Shown here: in pieces, positions 1 to 15,710 of the stretch
Numbering within the stretch: position 1 is the first letter of the stretch
Layout: each line of letters starts with the position of its first letter
DNA from: Paraspadella gotoi
Lineage: Eukaryota; Animalia; Chaetognatha
DNA: 64,000 nt
NCBI GenBank assembly: GCA_051294375.1
Contig: CM119270.1
Coordinates: forward strand, 8,049,063-8,113,062
Direction: 5' to 3'
Translations under genes and position numbers: made by a program
The notes under the pieces: generated by a model
What the model was told of the DNA's origin: nothing
Seen by the model: the letters and a program-made list of their open reading frames with translations, nothing else
Databases searched by the model: none

Positions 1-983
1 TTTTTCTTTCCGTCTGGCGTCTGTCTTCGTTGTCGTTGTCGTCTCGACGTCGCGTGGCAGATGCGCCATTCGTGTCCAATGTGTGCGTAGAAGTTGGGCC
101 AGGAATTTCGTGAAGGTTTTTCTTTTTTTACCCAGATTTTGTTGGGGATTAAAAATAGGTTTTTTGATCCAATTTATGTCCGATCTAAATAATATTTCTA
201 TGTATAGCGCTTCTAGAGTTAATCTTTGTATTTTAATTCAATCTCTATTTGCTTTTTATTTACTCCCAACCATCGTAGAATCAGTAGCAAAGGCATTTAA
301 CGAATAAAAAGTATTTATTGTTTACCCAAAGGGGAGATTAAGCCGAATTCAATCTCTTCCTTTCTCCGAGAGTTTCCTCATTGTGAATTTCTTTTCTCAC
401 AGGTCGACTCTCTCTCTCTCNNNNNNNNNNCGAAGCCTTCCGTTTCATTGTGAATTCGATTTCGAGTTGTAAATGAATCTCCGGCGACGGAACTGACGTC
501 ACGGCCCCTCTGCCGGCGAAGACACGAATCTCTAGTTTCGCGAGTTTTGTTCCGCGAAATGAATTGAAATGATCGTGGACAAAAGAACAATCGGCGGATC
601 GAATGGAAACAAACAGAAGAACAAACACTGGGAAGAAAAAAGGTCGGAATGTAAGAAAAAAAAAAGGGGGACAAATATCGTACTCACTGATTTGGCGATT
701 AACTACCAAGTAGGGGTGTGAATTTCTTATAGAGCTTTATATTATTTTTGTTCTCGTTTAACATATGTTTTCTTTTCATGTTCTCGTTATAATCTTTTAA
801 AAATTAAACGTTTCTTTGATATACGTACCGTATATGTACATCACGACTGGGAACTGACGGCAAACGCGTTTTTAAGTCTAATCTTTTCACTGGGTTTCAA
901 CTTTCAATTTATTGCAAACGCCGTTCGTAGAATCCGTTTCTGTTTGAGTTCAATGGATGATTCACGATTCTCAGAGTTCCAAT

Positions 984-1052
<69 letters not shown>

Positions 1053-4000
1053 TTATCCGCGATGCGATTGGAATTTTCAACATCGAAACTGAATAAACGG
1101 ACAAAATCAATCGATTCATTCAGAATATTTTATCTTTTGATGTTTCTCGTTGTTCCGATGACACCTGGACTTTTATATTTTTTATGTTTTGTCCTCGTTT
1201 GCTTTTCTTTGCTTTCTTTTACTTTACATCACTTTCGCTTTTGCTTTTGCTTTACCTCTTCTCCGCTTTTATTTCTTTATTTCAATTTTAGTATTTTCAT
1301 CCTTGTATCTTTTTATCTCTATCTAACTTTGTATAAATAAATCTTTCTATAATTTTCTCCTTCTTTGCAAAGAGAACACACGCAATTTAAGGTCGGGGCG
1401 GATTTCGAGCGAATGGTTAATCAAACACGAAATTTAAGATATTTTGACTCCGAAAGAAAAAATGTTTAAAAAAAAAANNNNNNNNNNNNNNNNNNNNNNN
1501 NNNNNNNNNNNNNNNNNNNNNNNNNNNNNNNNNNNNNNNNNNNNNNNNNNNNNNNNNNNNNNNNNNNNNNNNNNNNNNNNNNNNNNNNNNNNNNNNNNNN
1601 NNNNNNNNNNNNNNNNNNNNNNNNNNNNNNNNNNNNNNNNNNNNNNNNNNNNNNNNNNNNNNNNNNNNNNNNNNNNNNNNNNNNNNNNNNNNNNNNNNNN
1701 NNNNNNNNNNNNNNNNNNNNNNTCTCTCTCTCTCTCTCTCTCTCTCTCAATGTCGACGGTATTTTTCTAGCTTTTCTCAGCGGCCTCCTTTACTGGGAAA
1801 AGAGATCTAGAATCCCATTGATCGAGATCAAGAATAACTCATTCTGGTTCACAGAGCTCACCGATCCAATCATAGATTCTATCACAGATTCTGTAAAAGA
1901 CCCCACAGAAAACTAACCCGAAGATATGATGAAGAAATTAGAACAACTGTTAATCAAATGTTTATTTAATTAATTGTTCATTTTTTAAACCCGCGGTGTT
2001 ATATAGATAATAGATCTAAAGTAAAATTGCAAATATTGCATCTTTAAACATTCTATGGCCGAGCTGATTTGTAAAAGATTNNNNNNNNNNNNNNNNNNNN
2101 NNNNNNNNNNNNNNNNNNNNNNNNNNNNNNNNNNNNNNNNNNNNNNNNNNNNNNNNNNNNNNNNNNNNNNNNNNNNNNNNNNNNNNNNNNNNNNNNNNNN
2201 NNNNNNNNNNNNNNNNNNNNNNNNNNNNNNNNNNNNNNNNNNNNNNNNNNNNNNNNNNNNNNNNNNNNNNNNNNNNNNNNNNNNNNNNNNNNNNNNNNNN
2301 NNNNNNNNNNNNNNNNNNNNNNNNNNNNNNNNNNNNNNNNNNNNNNNNNNNNNNNNNNNNNNNNNNNNNNNNNNNNNNNNNNNNNNNNNNNNNNNNNNNN
2401 NNNNNNNNNNNNNNNNNNNNNNNNNNNNNNNTAGTTAATTGTCCAACTATCTATCTATAACTATCCATGAAACAGATAGCATGCTCCGCTAAGCATAAAG
2501 TGCATAAAAGTCATCGTCTCCCGACTAAGGAGCAGTTGCTGTTTCGGACATCACGATCTTAATGAATTTAAGTTTTTACTTAACAGTAGTGTAAGCGATT
2601 GCAACGTTTCGACTTTTCCAAAAATATGATAAGTCGCATCTCGACATCGTTTTACATCCAATATCTTCACTTGACCCTTAAACCGAATCCAATCAACTCG
2701 GGGCAAAGCGGCTCGAGGCGAAGGCTTCCACGGTACAGATGTTATACCGCCGTACGAAGCGGAGAAGCTNNNNNNNNNNNNNNNNNNNNNNNNNTGGAGC
2801 AAGCTAAGAAATGTTAGCTAAGAAAGTGCGGTATAGAGATGAAATGAGTGAGGAGAGAGGAGAGAGAGAGAGAGAGATGAGAGGTACGAGAGAAAGAGAG
2901 ACGAGAGAGGGAGAGAAGGCAGCAGGAGAGAGAGCAGAGAGCAGAGAGAAGGGGTTGGAGACAGGGATGATAGTAGACCTGGCGTGGGCGAATGGGGGAG
3001 GCGCGGAATAAAGCAAATCTATAAAAAGGTGGGCGGCGCCATACAAAAGTGGAGAGAATTTTTAAAGATAGAAATGGTCTTAGCCGAGAGATGAGTGACT
3101 TGGGGTCGTTGGGAATGTACTATTGTTCATGTTTCGTAAATAAAGTTAGGTCATGTTGTTAAAGCATGGACTATATGGATTTGCGATGGTACTGTCGTGG
3201 CTGACGGGCTAGGAAGAAAAAGCAAATTACCAATAAGATGAATAAGTAAGGAAGAAAATACACGAAATGACATTGTTAGTCTCCCAGCAAGTGTGTGAGG
3301 ATGATTCCATAAAAGGGAGATATCTGAGAAGACGCCCTCGGAGTTTGAAGTTCCGGTGCTCGACTGATTTTTGGGCAGTAAGAGGTTTTAAAGTGGGAAC
3401 TAAAATAATGGACGATATCGGCCCTACCGCAATCCGGACAACGACGTAGCGTCGGCGATACAGAACGAACAGAGATTGAACGAGAGAGCTGAACGACGAA
3501 CGAACAGATCAACGAAACGGTAACAACGAGGAAGCGGGACGAGAGCGGACACGAGACGAACCGAACGAACGAACAACGATAACGAACGATACGAAACGAG
3601 CGGGATGAACGCAGACAGAACTAGGACGGAGAGACAGAAGCGGAGTACGGAACGAAACGAAGCGACCGACGTGGACGGACGGCACGGAGCGGACGGGACG
3701 GAGCGAGCGATGCTGGGAGACGTATGGCTAACGGACTGTGAATCTTTGACGGCCGACCCGGGACGGACGAAGAGACCGGCACGGTGAGGCGTTTCTTGTC
3801 GTATCGGGTTCTTTTATATTGAGTAAACCAAGCTTCGTAGGGGCGGAAAATAGGTTCATTGTTTTCTGTCAACGACGTCATTCTTGTTATCGGTTTTTTA
3901 TATGGGTACTAGAACTAGGTTAAATGCAGTTAGAATACGGACGGTTACGGGTACCCGGTGTTCGGGGCTGATACGCTGGACAGACTCGGTTTATCGATAC

Positions 4001-7000
4001 GCACGTGACGGGCTGGAACTGCTTAATTGGACGTGACGGACTGGAACTGGACCGACGGACGGTACGTGACCAGCCAGTTTTAGGTACCAGCCATGATTAA
4101 TATAGCCAGAAACCAGTCCCTTGGAGTCATCCTAGCGTAGAGACTAGAAAAATTAAGAATAAAAATTTCCGATCTTTCCATCAGCCAAATACACCATTAT
4201 ACAACGTTTAACTCTTTGTGTGGATGATTTTGTCAAACTCATCAATGTTTTATCTCTCTCTCTCTCTCTCTACTTTCATCCCTCTCTACTCAATATCTTC
4301 TGGTCTTTTTACTCTCTTTCTCTTCTCTCCTACTCTCACTCTAATCCTCTCCTCTCTACTCAATATCATTGAGGTTTTTCTACTGCAATGTCTCTTGGTT
4401 TCATTGAATGTTAAATTCGATCTTCGGCACCCATACGAGAACTACGAGGATTCTACCGCTACGGAAACAATCTGAAGACGAGCACTACAAGGACGATCCT
4501 AAAAACAAACAAAATAACAAGCGCAATACTCCAAAAAAGTATCTGTGAATCTCCAGACGCCGGACGCCTATCTCCCGCGGAAAACGCTCGAAGATCACCG
4601 ACGGCCAAAACACGACCCCTTTCGATTAGATAACCCAGTCTTCTAGGTAAAAACATCAGAACAAAAGACATTACTCAAAGGGCTTGAAGAATAATAAAAA
4701 TAGAAAAGAAACGAACTCGTTAGTTTAACCAAATTTAACGGCAAACCCTCTCCCTTGAATACCCTACTTTGACGGTCTAGTTGATAGACATCGTTGGTTC
4801 TGCAAAGAAACATCATTAGAATATAGTTTTTGGTAAAGGCCGATCACGCCAGAGAACATTGATACATTGTGGGCCAACAAGAACGGACACACAACCCGAT
4901 AGCGTAATAACTAGCACGGGAAACATCCACAGTTTTGTGGGATCCCGATATAAGAACTAGAAACAAAGGGGAGGGTTTTTCAGGCTTCCATGTGAGGTGA
5001 GGGAAGACGATCGTTGCCCTCAAAATAAAACATTACTTCGGAGTCAGACGCCGGTTAGCTCAAATTGGCAAGATGATTTTGGGAATAGGGCACCAATCAA
5101 TTGGAAAAAGTGTAATCCGAACGCGCAACACAATACGAGTGTGAAGGTGGGCATCGAACGACTAATGCGATTGAATGAGTGATCGGGCGGTATTTCAATC
5201 ACTGAAGTGAAGACATCGTTACTTAGATCAATTGAAAGTCCACCTCAAGCAGATCCAGTCCACTGACCAGTGATCATGAGCAGGAATGGACAATCAATAT
5301 ATTGAAGTTGACCGTGCAGGGATCAATACAAATTAAGTGATCGAACAGATCCTCAATTCAGTGTGAGAGTCGAGGAGGGTGTGTATCTATCATTGAAAGG
5401 CCGTGAAATCTCCTCGACTCGTACCCAGGTTTCAAACCTGAAGCTGCATTCGCCTGGATCCATCCCAGTGCAATTGACAGCTCGATCGACGGACGGCCAA
5501 TCACTATAAACAGTCGATCACGCCGTGATCAATCACTGAAGTGATCTGACTGATCCATTCTCCATTTGAACTGTAATTCGTCGCCCCCTCAATTCAAATT
5601 GAAAGTGATCCGAAAAGGAGCCCTTCCCGCCGATCAGGGATGGCGGCTGACATATTGATAAGGAAAACCGATGATGGGGTACCCAGAGGAGCCAAAAACC
5701 CCCAAAAGTGGCGATTTTATCACGTCGCAATTTCATGCATCCCAAATACCCTTATATGACTCAATCAGTATATACCGCCAAGCAACCGTTAACAGCTACC
5801 CACGTTTACCGCTACATATTTTATGCGTGTTAATTCAATTTAATCGTCTTTTTACGACATAAATTACGACAATTATTCTTCATTACAACACCTCAACCAC
5901 TCGTTTTTTACCTGAGCGCGCAATTCAATAATATAACCAATCGAGGAAAACTTCCTCCCCGCGTTAATCCGCATTCGAAAGACTCACGGGTATAATAATT
6001 CCTCGACCTGAATTGTGAAAAATAATCATATTTAGTTCCCAGAAGTTTATTTTTTCTTTTCATTCTGTTTCTCTGCTTTACGCTATCCCACCGTTGAGGA
6101 TTTTTGTTTTTATTATTTTATTTTCTTTTCCCACTTCCCAGTTATTTGATCCGAAAAGAGAACTCGAAAGAGTATTTCCACCGATTCGTTGTGGAGGTCT
6201 GATTCTAGCCTCTGTGTATACAAAAAGAATCTTCGTACATGCGGCCGCGTACTGTCTCTTGTTCGTTGCGTATTCAACATCCAGTTTCGGCCCGAGTGAG
6301 AGTATATGGAGATAGTTCCGATCAGCTCATATAATTCAGTCCACGGGATGACAGTGAACTGTGTAAAGGGCGCGAAATAAATGTACATTTAAGGGATGAA
6401 TGTGCGTAAAAAAAACAATGCGTCTAAGAAACCGCTTCAGGCGTTGCCCATCCCTCTGGAAAAATGGTACAGCGGACAGAAGAATCAAAGAATGAAAATA
6501 AAATAAATATCCCCAATTTTCTAAAGGGCCCTACAAATGAGGGTCCCAGTATAGTAAGTTTTACTCAGCCAGATATCTCATATTCCAATATATCACTGAT
6601 GCATTTACGGTAAAGAAATGGTAATTTGCCTGAAAAAATAAAAAGAAGCATATGATTTACTTCATTTCTAGGCCTGAATGAATTTTTAAAATTTCTCCCT
6701 CTTTTCTCTTTAAGTTCAAGAGAAGAATAGACCAGTTCTACATATAGTTACTGTGACTATCTAAATAATGCTTTAACAGTTCTTGATTTTTTTATTTGAA
6801 AATTCCATAAACCGCTACTGATGAAAAAATCACCAATTGCGTTAAAAGTTTAAAACAACATGAACACGACAGCCACATGCTACTTTTATGACCAAAACTA
6901 GTTCGACATCCACATCTTATCCGATTCCAGTTTATTGCAGCAGACATGGGAAGCGACGACGCATAAAAACAAAAAAAAAAAGGACACTGCCGGTATTTAG

Positions 7001-10000
7001 AGATTGAGGCAGGCTGTGCCAATAGGGGTGAACCGCCTCGGTTTCGCACCGGGCCTCCCGATTGTTTACAGCGGCGACGAGAAGAGAAACATCGTTTCGG
7101 TACTCCGACAGGTTACGAGCGAAATTCGCCCATTTCCGACGCCAAACCTAATTTAGAAATCAATCACGGAGAAGCGGCGTTCATTCTAACCCCACCTCCC
7201 CTCCTTCTTTGTCTGGCTTCAATTCCACGTCCCAGCTTTTGGAAGTAGGATCGTCGCTTGCAATTTCGACTCTCACAATCTAACTCCGTTACACTTTACT
7301 ATCAGAGCATTGTTTTCTATGTATTTTTTTTGTCTCTTCAGTTTTTGACAAAATATTTCTTTTGGACTTCGTTGGGCTCATAAAACTTACCTTACTTTTT
7401 GACGGGATTTGTGAAAATAAAAAAGCAATTTTGTCAATTTATGTTTCAAATTCCAAACTTTATAATTTATTTCTTATTCTCTCCTGAACTCAGTGTTTCT
7501 TTTATCAGAAGTGCGAACTGGGAAGACGATCATCACATAAATGCCAGTCAAAGAGGAATCACACCAAAAAAGAAACATTATCCCACTTTATACCTCACTT
7601 TAAACTAAAAAAAACCAAACCAAAAGCTTCTTAAAAAAAACAAACATTTTCCTAGAACTTTATAAATGAAAAAACAAAAAGAAACAGTTGGTTCGGTCGC
7701 CATCAATAGATTTAGAACTTCAACCTCACCGCCTCCTTTCACCCGCTCCTCAACTCCGCTCCTCACCCGCTCCTCACGCGCCTCCTCACCTCCTAATTTC
7801 ACTCTCCAATTTCCACCGCTCGCAAGCAGGCGCACTTCATTTTTTTCCAAAACTTACCAAGCAGCGATACAGTCTTCAGAAAATCCTAAGGGAAATCACA
7901 CGTATCACACGTGAACTCACACCTTTGAGCTTTCACGAGCCCGACCATAACAATCCATATATTCAGATGCTTTTAAACATAACTACTTAATTTACAACTC
8001 GGTATGAACAAAATAGTTAACATTCAAACAAACAATCTACTTCCTAACCATTTATCTTTAAAAATTCTCTCAACTTTCTTGCCCACCTTTTCATATTTGC
8101 ATCCGGCCCCTCCCCATTCGCCCCCCAGCCTGCACCATACCTGTCCACCCCATCCACCTCCACCCCACTCCACCCTCCACCTCCACCTCCACCCTCCACC
8201 CTCCCCCGTTCCCTCGGCCCCCGCGTCAACAACTTTATCTTGGCCGAAACTGAGAGGGCTGAATAATGAGGAGAACTTCTAATTATTCCAGACCGCACGC
8301 GTTTGCGTCCGGCTACGGTTTCGTTTGACACAATGGCGGCAATCACCTGCTGAATTAACCAACTCGCGAACGGCCATGGGGAACCCCACCCCCATCCGTC
8401 GACTTTTCTCGCTCTCCACTATCGGGCGATCGTCAGAAATTTTTTACCAGTGCCGCGTCCGTTGCGGAGGTATGATTTCAAGCCACATCATTTCACATTC
8501 ATTTCTTTTCTGCGGCCTCGTTTTTAATTGTTGAGCAGGCTAAGGATCATCTCAGCCTATAACACGCTGAATTGTGCATCCTGTGTGTCAAACACCTCTT
8601 CAAAGTTTGTATCGCATAATAAATTCTTTAGTATCAACAACGCTTTGCGAATAAAAGCAAAATGGCGTACTCATCCGAAACAAACACTTTCCCTTAAGCC
8701 CTCGAGAAAAACCGACACGGGCGTTCCATCACTTCACTCGCCTTCTCGCCGCCAGTCGTTCGCAAAACGAACGGCACGAATTCTGATGCCATTTTGTTTT
8801 TTGATGGGTTCCCTTTTTGTTTTCTCCGTTTGTAATATGTCGCCTGTCGGTGATGAGCAGACGGGAGGGAAAGGGAAATGGGCACGACGCGCAAAATTGG
8901 AGATGTGGATTTTTAACTTTTACTTATCTTCTGGCAATTACTGAAAGCGAACTACGAAAAGCGGGAGGAGAATTTTCAAGTATGTTTTCTGGCTTATCAT
9001 AACATTCCGTAGTTATCATAAATAGTCATCTAAGAGAACTTCAAGATTATTTACATCGAAGATGGAATTGCAGAACCAGTAAACAGAAATCGGACCAAGA
9101 ACTCGGATATGAAATCAACCAAGGACTCGCCGATTAGGATGAATCACATCTGGAATGGACCAATGAGAAGAGGGGCTTTCGTGGCCATCGGGGAAAACGA
9201 GCCCGTGTCAATGATCCGGTTTGAACTGTATTGTTGGACATTAAACTCTCGTCGATAGTCCGTCGTTCTTAGTGCAAATATAAAATACTGCCCATTTTGA
9301 TTGCATTCCATCTGTCCTCAAATTCTCACACTGCTCTTGCTTATCTTCTTTCTGAGAATAAAATCCACTGGTTTCATTTGAATAAATAAATAAATAAATG
9401 TCAGGTGGCAGCGCTAGAAATCCAAAATCACCCCAAATCACTCTGCAATGAGTTCTCCACAACCCAATCAACCCAATCAACATTGGATTCGACGCCAACT
9501 CGTCTGACGCCAGTTCGTCTTTCGCGTTTCCTGTTAATCCGGCCGCAGAATGTCAAAAATCAAAACTTTCATTAGGTTTTTGACGGAAATGAGGTTCGCA
9601 AGCCTCGGCAAGCAGAAGGCCTCTCCGGTTCGTCTCTTGGAAAACGATTTTTTTTTCGTGTTGGAACGAGGGCTGGCGAGCAGAGGCACTTGATCTCGTC
9701 CTCTCTCGAGTCTCTCCCGCTTATCTCTTTCTTTCTGTTTGCTTATTGCTTTCTTCTTTCCTTTTCTTTCTTTCGTTATTTTTCTTTTTTTCTTTTTCTT
9801 TCTTTTCTTTTTTTCTTTTCTTTCTTTTTCTTTCTTTTTTCTTTTTTTCTTTCTGTTCTCTTTTCTTTTTTTCTTTTTTTCTTTCTTTCTGCTTTTTTTC
9901 TTTCTTTTATTTCTTTTTTTCTTTCTTCGATTCCCTATTTTAAATTTGTATTGTATACAAACATTTTTCTATTCGTTCTTCCTTCCCTCCTTACTTCATT

Positions 10001-11675
10001 TTGTTAATAAGTGTATTTTTTAGTTTAACATTTTATGGTCTTGAAGTATAAGATCTTATTGCCATTGTAGATGAAAATACTAAAATGTATTATAAAATCC
10101 TTTGTACTTTCTTTCCCTCGATTCCTTCATCATTCACTATTTTTGTTCTCCTTTGTCTCTCTTAATATTTACTTTCTCCGCTTGATCTCTTCGTTCCCAT
10201 ACCTTGTCACGACCCAGCGCCCTCTGTCGTTTGATCGTAGATCACCCGCTCACATTTTGGTCCCTTCTTTAACATTAAGCGCCATAATATCAATCAGCTT
10301 CTGCTTGTTTGATAGAAACTCGGAAAAAAAAATCACGATTTTCCCTAACTAAAAACGACGAACGGAACTTTTTTTTTTTTTCTTGATATCCATTTTTAGT
10401 TCTTTGCTTGCTGGCTGGACTTGATAAGATGCTATTTCGGTCAGTTCGGTTATTTTAATAATAAACTAATACTTATATAATAATATTATATTACTAATCA
10501 GTTAGATTGTCGCATCGTACATAAATATTCCATTTCTTCCATATGGAAGCAATTAAACTCATTCTTCAACTAACTTTAAACTTCTTTCGAACGCCTTTCA
10601 AATGAGTAGTAACGATAAAAGGGGGAGAATAGGTTAATTTCTCATTCTGTTCGATTTAGTATCAAATTAAAGTTTCATCCGATTCCCTAACGCTTTTCAA
10701 AACGTATCTCTTCGAATTGCATTTAATTAATAAATGGGATTTTAAAAAATAATCATAATATAATATAACATGAATATAATATAAATAATATAATATAATA
10801 TAGTATTTACTATGAAAATCGCGAAATGATGTTTTCCGACCAAAAAAAAACTATTACACTGAGGACGACGACCGACCGACCCAGGCCCAAACTTTCAGCC
10901 AACCTTCAATTTACTCTACATGCCCAGCATACAAGGTCAGAGGGGACTTTCAGGTAAAACCGCCTCAAAGGTTGACTTCGCTATATCAGTCGGAGTGATC
11001 CATAACCCATTTTGTAAACACTTCCATTGCTCTCAATCTTCTCATTGGCAGCCGCGACAGCTCAGACGCCTCGGGTTTCTAAACTAAAGTCAGGGCGAAA
11101 AGCGTACAATATGCGCCAAGTGCCTTCAACGTCGTAGCAGTCAGGGATTCAATTTTTGGAACATTAATAAAATTAAATTTTCTAAAAAAATGTTTGACAA
11201 GTATTCGAGAAAAAACAATTCTATCAGACCATTTCTTTTAAATATGTACCATTGAAGTTTTCGCTCTGTCCAGCCCTCTGTCACCAATTCCTGAGGACAC
11301 CCAAAAGCCTTATCAATCAATAATCACTCTCTCTCTCTCTCTCTCGTCTGCTTCTCTCTCCTCTCTCTCTCTCTCTCTCCACAACCTCTCTGCGACCTTT
11401 TTCGGCCATTTATCATCTCTACTGTTTTTACGAACAAAAACTATTCTATTAACCATTCACGAGTCTAAAGGAACGCAGAGGAAGTCATCGAGAAAGACGA
11501 GTAAAAAACCCTGTCAACGACGAGCGAATTAACACGAAGACGACTCGTAAAAACAACCGCTCGTGAACGGACGCACGATCGACCGACGAGACGACGAATG
11601 TTTCTCGGACCGGCATCGCATTTGGCTGACGAGTTTTCCCTCTTCTCTCTTCTCTCTTCTCCTTCTCTCTCTCTC

Positions 11676-11712
<37 letters not shown>

Positions 11713-14700
11713 CTCTCCGTCTCTCCTTCTTCTCTCTCTCTCAGGTTTTATAGCCTCTCTCTCTCTCTCGCTTCTCTTCTCGTCCGTCAATCACTTCTTT
11801 CTGCTCATTCATGTTTTCGGTTTTCGAGGGACAAACGTCGACCATTGAAGGAAAGCGAAAAAAAATCTTTACTAAAAAGCATGGAGAAAGAGCGATGAGA
11901 GAGAGGAGAGACGAGAGAAAGAGAGAGAAAAGAAAGAAGAGAGAGACCATTCATTCGGACATTTCCCATAAACAAATTAATCCACAACAAAAAAATTTCA
12001 CACAAACACTCGTAAAACTTAAAAAAAAAGAAACATTGTTTCTCAAACTTTTTATGTTCGTTTTTTTCTTCTTCAGCTCGTTTTAAATTGATATTCCTTT
12101 TTTCTCTCCGTCTCTATTTTTTCATCTTTTTTCTCTTCAAAACAGAAAAGAGCGGAAAAGTAATTCATCATCCGCATTTTTCAGTTTTTGTCGCGAAAAC
12201 CAGTTTAGTGCAGTGATGAAAAAAAAACACCGAAACTTTACTCTCTCTCCCTTTCTCTCGTTATCCTCGTTTTTAAAACTGTTTCGATCTCCGGCAGAAA
12301 CGATCGCGTTAGTGTTTCCCACAGAATTCGCGACGGTCAAGCTTAATCCTAGACATTAAATTAACGTTGAACAATTCTCATATGCCAGCTCGGTTATTTA
12401 ACAGTCATTACTGTTCGATCATGTCGTTTGTTCAGTGATTTCCGGTTTTTAGGGTTCTTGCACTCATCAGTTTAAAGTTTACTTTTAAATTTCTGTTTTT
12501 TTTGTCCAATTTTTTTCATTACGTTTTTTTCTCGACTTGGTCATTTCTCCCCGAGTTAAAAAAAAGAAATGATTGGCTTAAAATGTTTCGCTGATTTCAG
12601 GGTTTGTTTTTCTTTTTCTTTTCATCTTTATGTCGGCTGGTCTCGTCGTTTTTTTTTTATTACATCACCTTTTTTTCTTTGCCAGTGATTTTTAATCGCC
12701 AATATGTGATTATCGTTGTTTTCAGTCAATTGTTTAAACGAAGTAGATTATCTTGATCGGGTAATGTTTTTTCCACTTTATTTACTTATTTTTTAGCTTT
12801 TTTCTTGCCGAATAATACCTATTATTTAGAATTTTCCATTTGAATGTTCCAGTCAATGTCAATTGTTCATTCCGATCCGACCACGAAAGGTCAAACGATT
12901 CGGATTCGGCGTAATGATTATTGGCGTCACGTGACTTGGTTTTTGAATGATTCCGCCATACAACGACGGCAATCTCACCCATTTTCCCGAAGCACTGAAG
13001 TCGATTCGACAAAATCGATACTCAGATTTTGTTTCGCGCGGATCATTTTATTTATATTCTTCCCTCGTTTCTTTTAACACTGTTTGAAATGAACGTTTCT
13101 CCGCTTCAGTATTCCGCCAACTCTCTCTTTTCTTTTTTCCTTTCTAATTTAAGGTGATTTTTTCTATTCGCGTCGATCATTTTCCTTCCACCTCGACCCA
13201 GTCCTCTTTCATAACCTCGTTTCTTTATTTCTCTTTTTTCGCTTCACCCAATAAATTCTTTGACCCAATATAATCCCCTTTTTTTTCCTCCACACATTCC
13301 CTTTTTTTCGTATAGAAATAAGCCAATCTGGAGAGAACATATTCGCCGAAGCTCCCACGTAGAATCGAACCTTCGTTTCGTCTCCTTTCTCTTTTTTCGT
13401 TTTTCGATAAAAGGAAAAAGAAAAAGTTTCCTCCTTCTTCAAAATATGCTATGAAATAAAGTCCGACTTTATAGCTTCCTACGCATTTTCCTTTTAAAAA
13501 AACATTAATGCTTATTTCGCTTCGAGTTCTCCAACTGCATAATTGTCTACCCAACGACTTAACGCGGCGCCGTGTCAACTCTGTTAATTCTGTATAAATA
13601 TTTAATTTACGATTAAGCTAGATTCGCTCTCGGCGGTAGGTGCGACTATGGAACCGGAGGGGCCTTTTTTTTGCAATTGGTAATTCAAAAGAGGTAAACG
13701 TTTTGTTTTTAATTGTAAAAGTACTAAGACCAGTATTTTTTCTTTTCAAATTATTTGCAAAATTAATCTCAGACTCGTTTTCTTCCCTTTTTTTGTTTAT
13801 CAGACCGAGAAAGAGAAATCCGCTACACTTCCGCTGATTGAGCTAAAAAAAAAAAGAAGAAGAAATAAGTGGAAAGGAAATCGATTGTTTTTCTTCTCTC
13901 GTTTCCCACCCAAAATTATAAAGATTACCAAAACTCGCTACACAAAGCTAATATTACATCTCGTATGAAAAACTTTATTTGCGTCAGTTGAGCAGCGCCT
14001 ATAGTAGCCTGGCTCCATCAACGCAACTCCAGCTAAGACATTCGGCTCCATCGTCATCGCTATGTCATTCGACGTATGCTCTCTCCGTCTGCTGGACTCG
14101 GCAGCCCCTTTCCTCAGGGCTCCTTCCGTTCTGCCCTCTTTGAGAACCACACTCTCGCATGTCGTCGTCCACTCGGATCCTCCTCATTGATGGCCGACGT
14201 GAGTAACGCGATAGCAAAAATATTAAAATCAAGATCTTAATATATTCAAGTCTCTAACGATCCAATGTAACAAGGCTCGTTCTCTGTGAATCATTCTGTA
14301 ATAACAAATAATTATTTTATATTTGTCAATTTTCTCGCTTTAGCCCATATCTTATACATAGAAAATGTCAAATTTAACATGATTTTTTTTTCTTTAGACA
14401 TTGTGTTTTATCTCTCTTTTCGTTGTGCCGTTTTTTGAATTTAGGAAAAAACTAAAAAACTTGTTACAATTAACCTATAATTAACTTATCTCTACCTAAA
14501 TTAAACTAAAGCTATTTTTAAGCAAAAAAGAAAAAAAAAATTTAGTAACATTACAAAATTTACGCTCTTTTGATTATCTAAAATGTCAAACAAAATTACA
14601 GAAAAGCTTGTCGCTAACAGAAACTGGTACACCATTCGTGCATACATGGTTATATTTCATTCAGAGACCCACCAACCTCGGAAGCCATGTCGGGCTTCCA

Positions 14701-15710
14701 CGACCCGAGCTTCGGCCTCTTCAACGTCGACCCACCTCCGCCACGCCATACACGGACGCCACCCCAGTGCCAAGAAGCCGGGCCAAACCATCGTCAGAGC
14801 GCGCCCATGAACGCCTTCATGGTGTGGTCGCCAGATCGAAACGGCGCAAGATTGCCGAGACGACGCCGGACATGCACAACCGCGGAGATAAATCGAACGC
14901 GATTGGGCGCTCGGATGGAAGACGCGTCGGACGAGGATGAGGCCAGCGCTTTTCGAGGAGGCCGAGAGGCTACAGGCTGCTGCACTTCCACAAGAATATA
15001 CCGCATTACAAATACAGACCGAGAGAAAAAGAACAAATCTGCGGAACAAACTCTCAAACGCAGACGCCGCTCCCAGCGCCAGCTCAGCAAAGGATCGCTG
15101 CATGAAAACCTCAAAGCCTCTTTCAGCTTCCTCCAATTCCTCCAAGAAATCCAACAGTCAAACGTCCTCGCCAAGTGTCGCTTCCGCCTTGCGAATGCCA
15201 GGGATGCGACGGCCGTCATCAACGGAGTAGGCGGCAGAATCAGGGTGCAAAGCAACAAGTCGCAATCGCGTAAAAAACAATTTCAAGTCAGAAGTCCGTC
15301 GTCCACATCAAGAAGGAGACAGCGCTGAAGTCGACGGAGTGTTGGGGACTTCTTAATAATGAACTCGCCCTCCACACAACAACAACATCCTTTGTCAACA
15401 ACACAGCTTCCTCGCCAACAACCGACCGACCATCAACGTCGACGATCGAATTATCGTCGACAAAGATCACATCATCATCGACTCCCAACGGACAATTCCG
15501 CCACGCCGACGAGCGGTCGAAGCGTTTCAACATTACCTTCAACACCATACAACAACAACAACAACAACTGCCGAAAGCCTCGCTCAGCGATTTGAACACA
15601 TAAAGAGCTTTCGAAGATCTTCAGACCCTCAACTTCTTTCGTCGACGGAGCTCAGATCAAGACGGAGCCGAGCCTCGTCTTCCTCTCCCTCCGGCCTGCT
15701 AGCCGCTTTT
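1..15710 (+). repeat. Degenerate direct copy of ~18832-35530 (probable assembly/haplotig duplication)
   Basis: Position 11 cgtctggcgtctgtcttcg matches 18842, and the colinear match runs through to cctcgtcttc..ctccctccg (~15673-15692 vs ~35493-35513). The differences are mostly scattered 1-2 nt indels and N gaps. Confidence 0.9.
14062..15710 (+). pseudogene. Frameshifted, 3'-truncated copy of SoxC exon 1 to most of exon 2 (pseudogene or erroneous assembly copy)
   Basis: ATG 14062 and donor gtgagt 14199 mirror 33986 and 34113. The HMG fragment PMNAFMVWS is at ~14805-14830, followed by many indels. There is no exon 3 copy. Confidence 0.8.

Noticed and set aside
904-1340. ORFs with poly-RE / poly-SL, poly-F, ERTN or RSFV repeats here and throughout the track
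   Set aside because: These are translations of (AG)n, (TTTC)n and (GAAC)n microsatellites or N gaps, with no domain content.
2780-4150. Apparently unique purine-rich sequence with several short ORFs
   Set aside because: It is a heavily corrupted version of ~21550-22250 (AG and GAAC/GGAC repeats); low-quality consensus.
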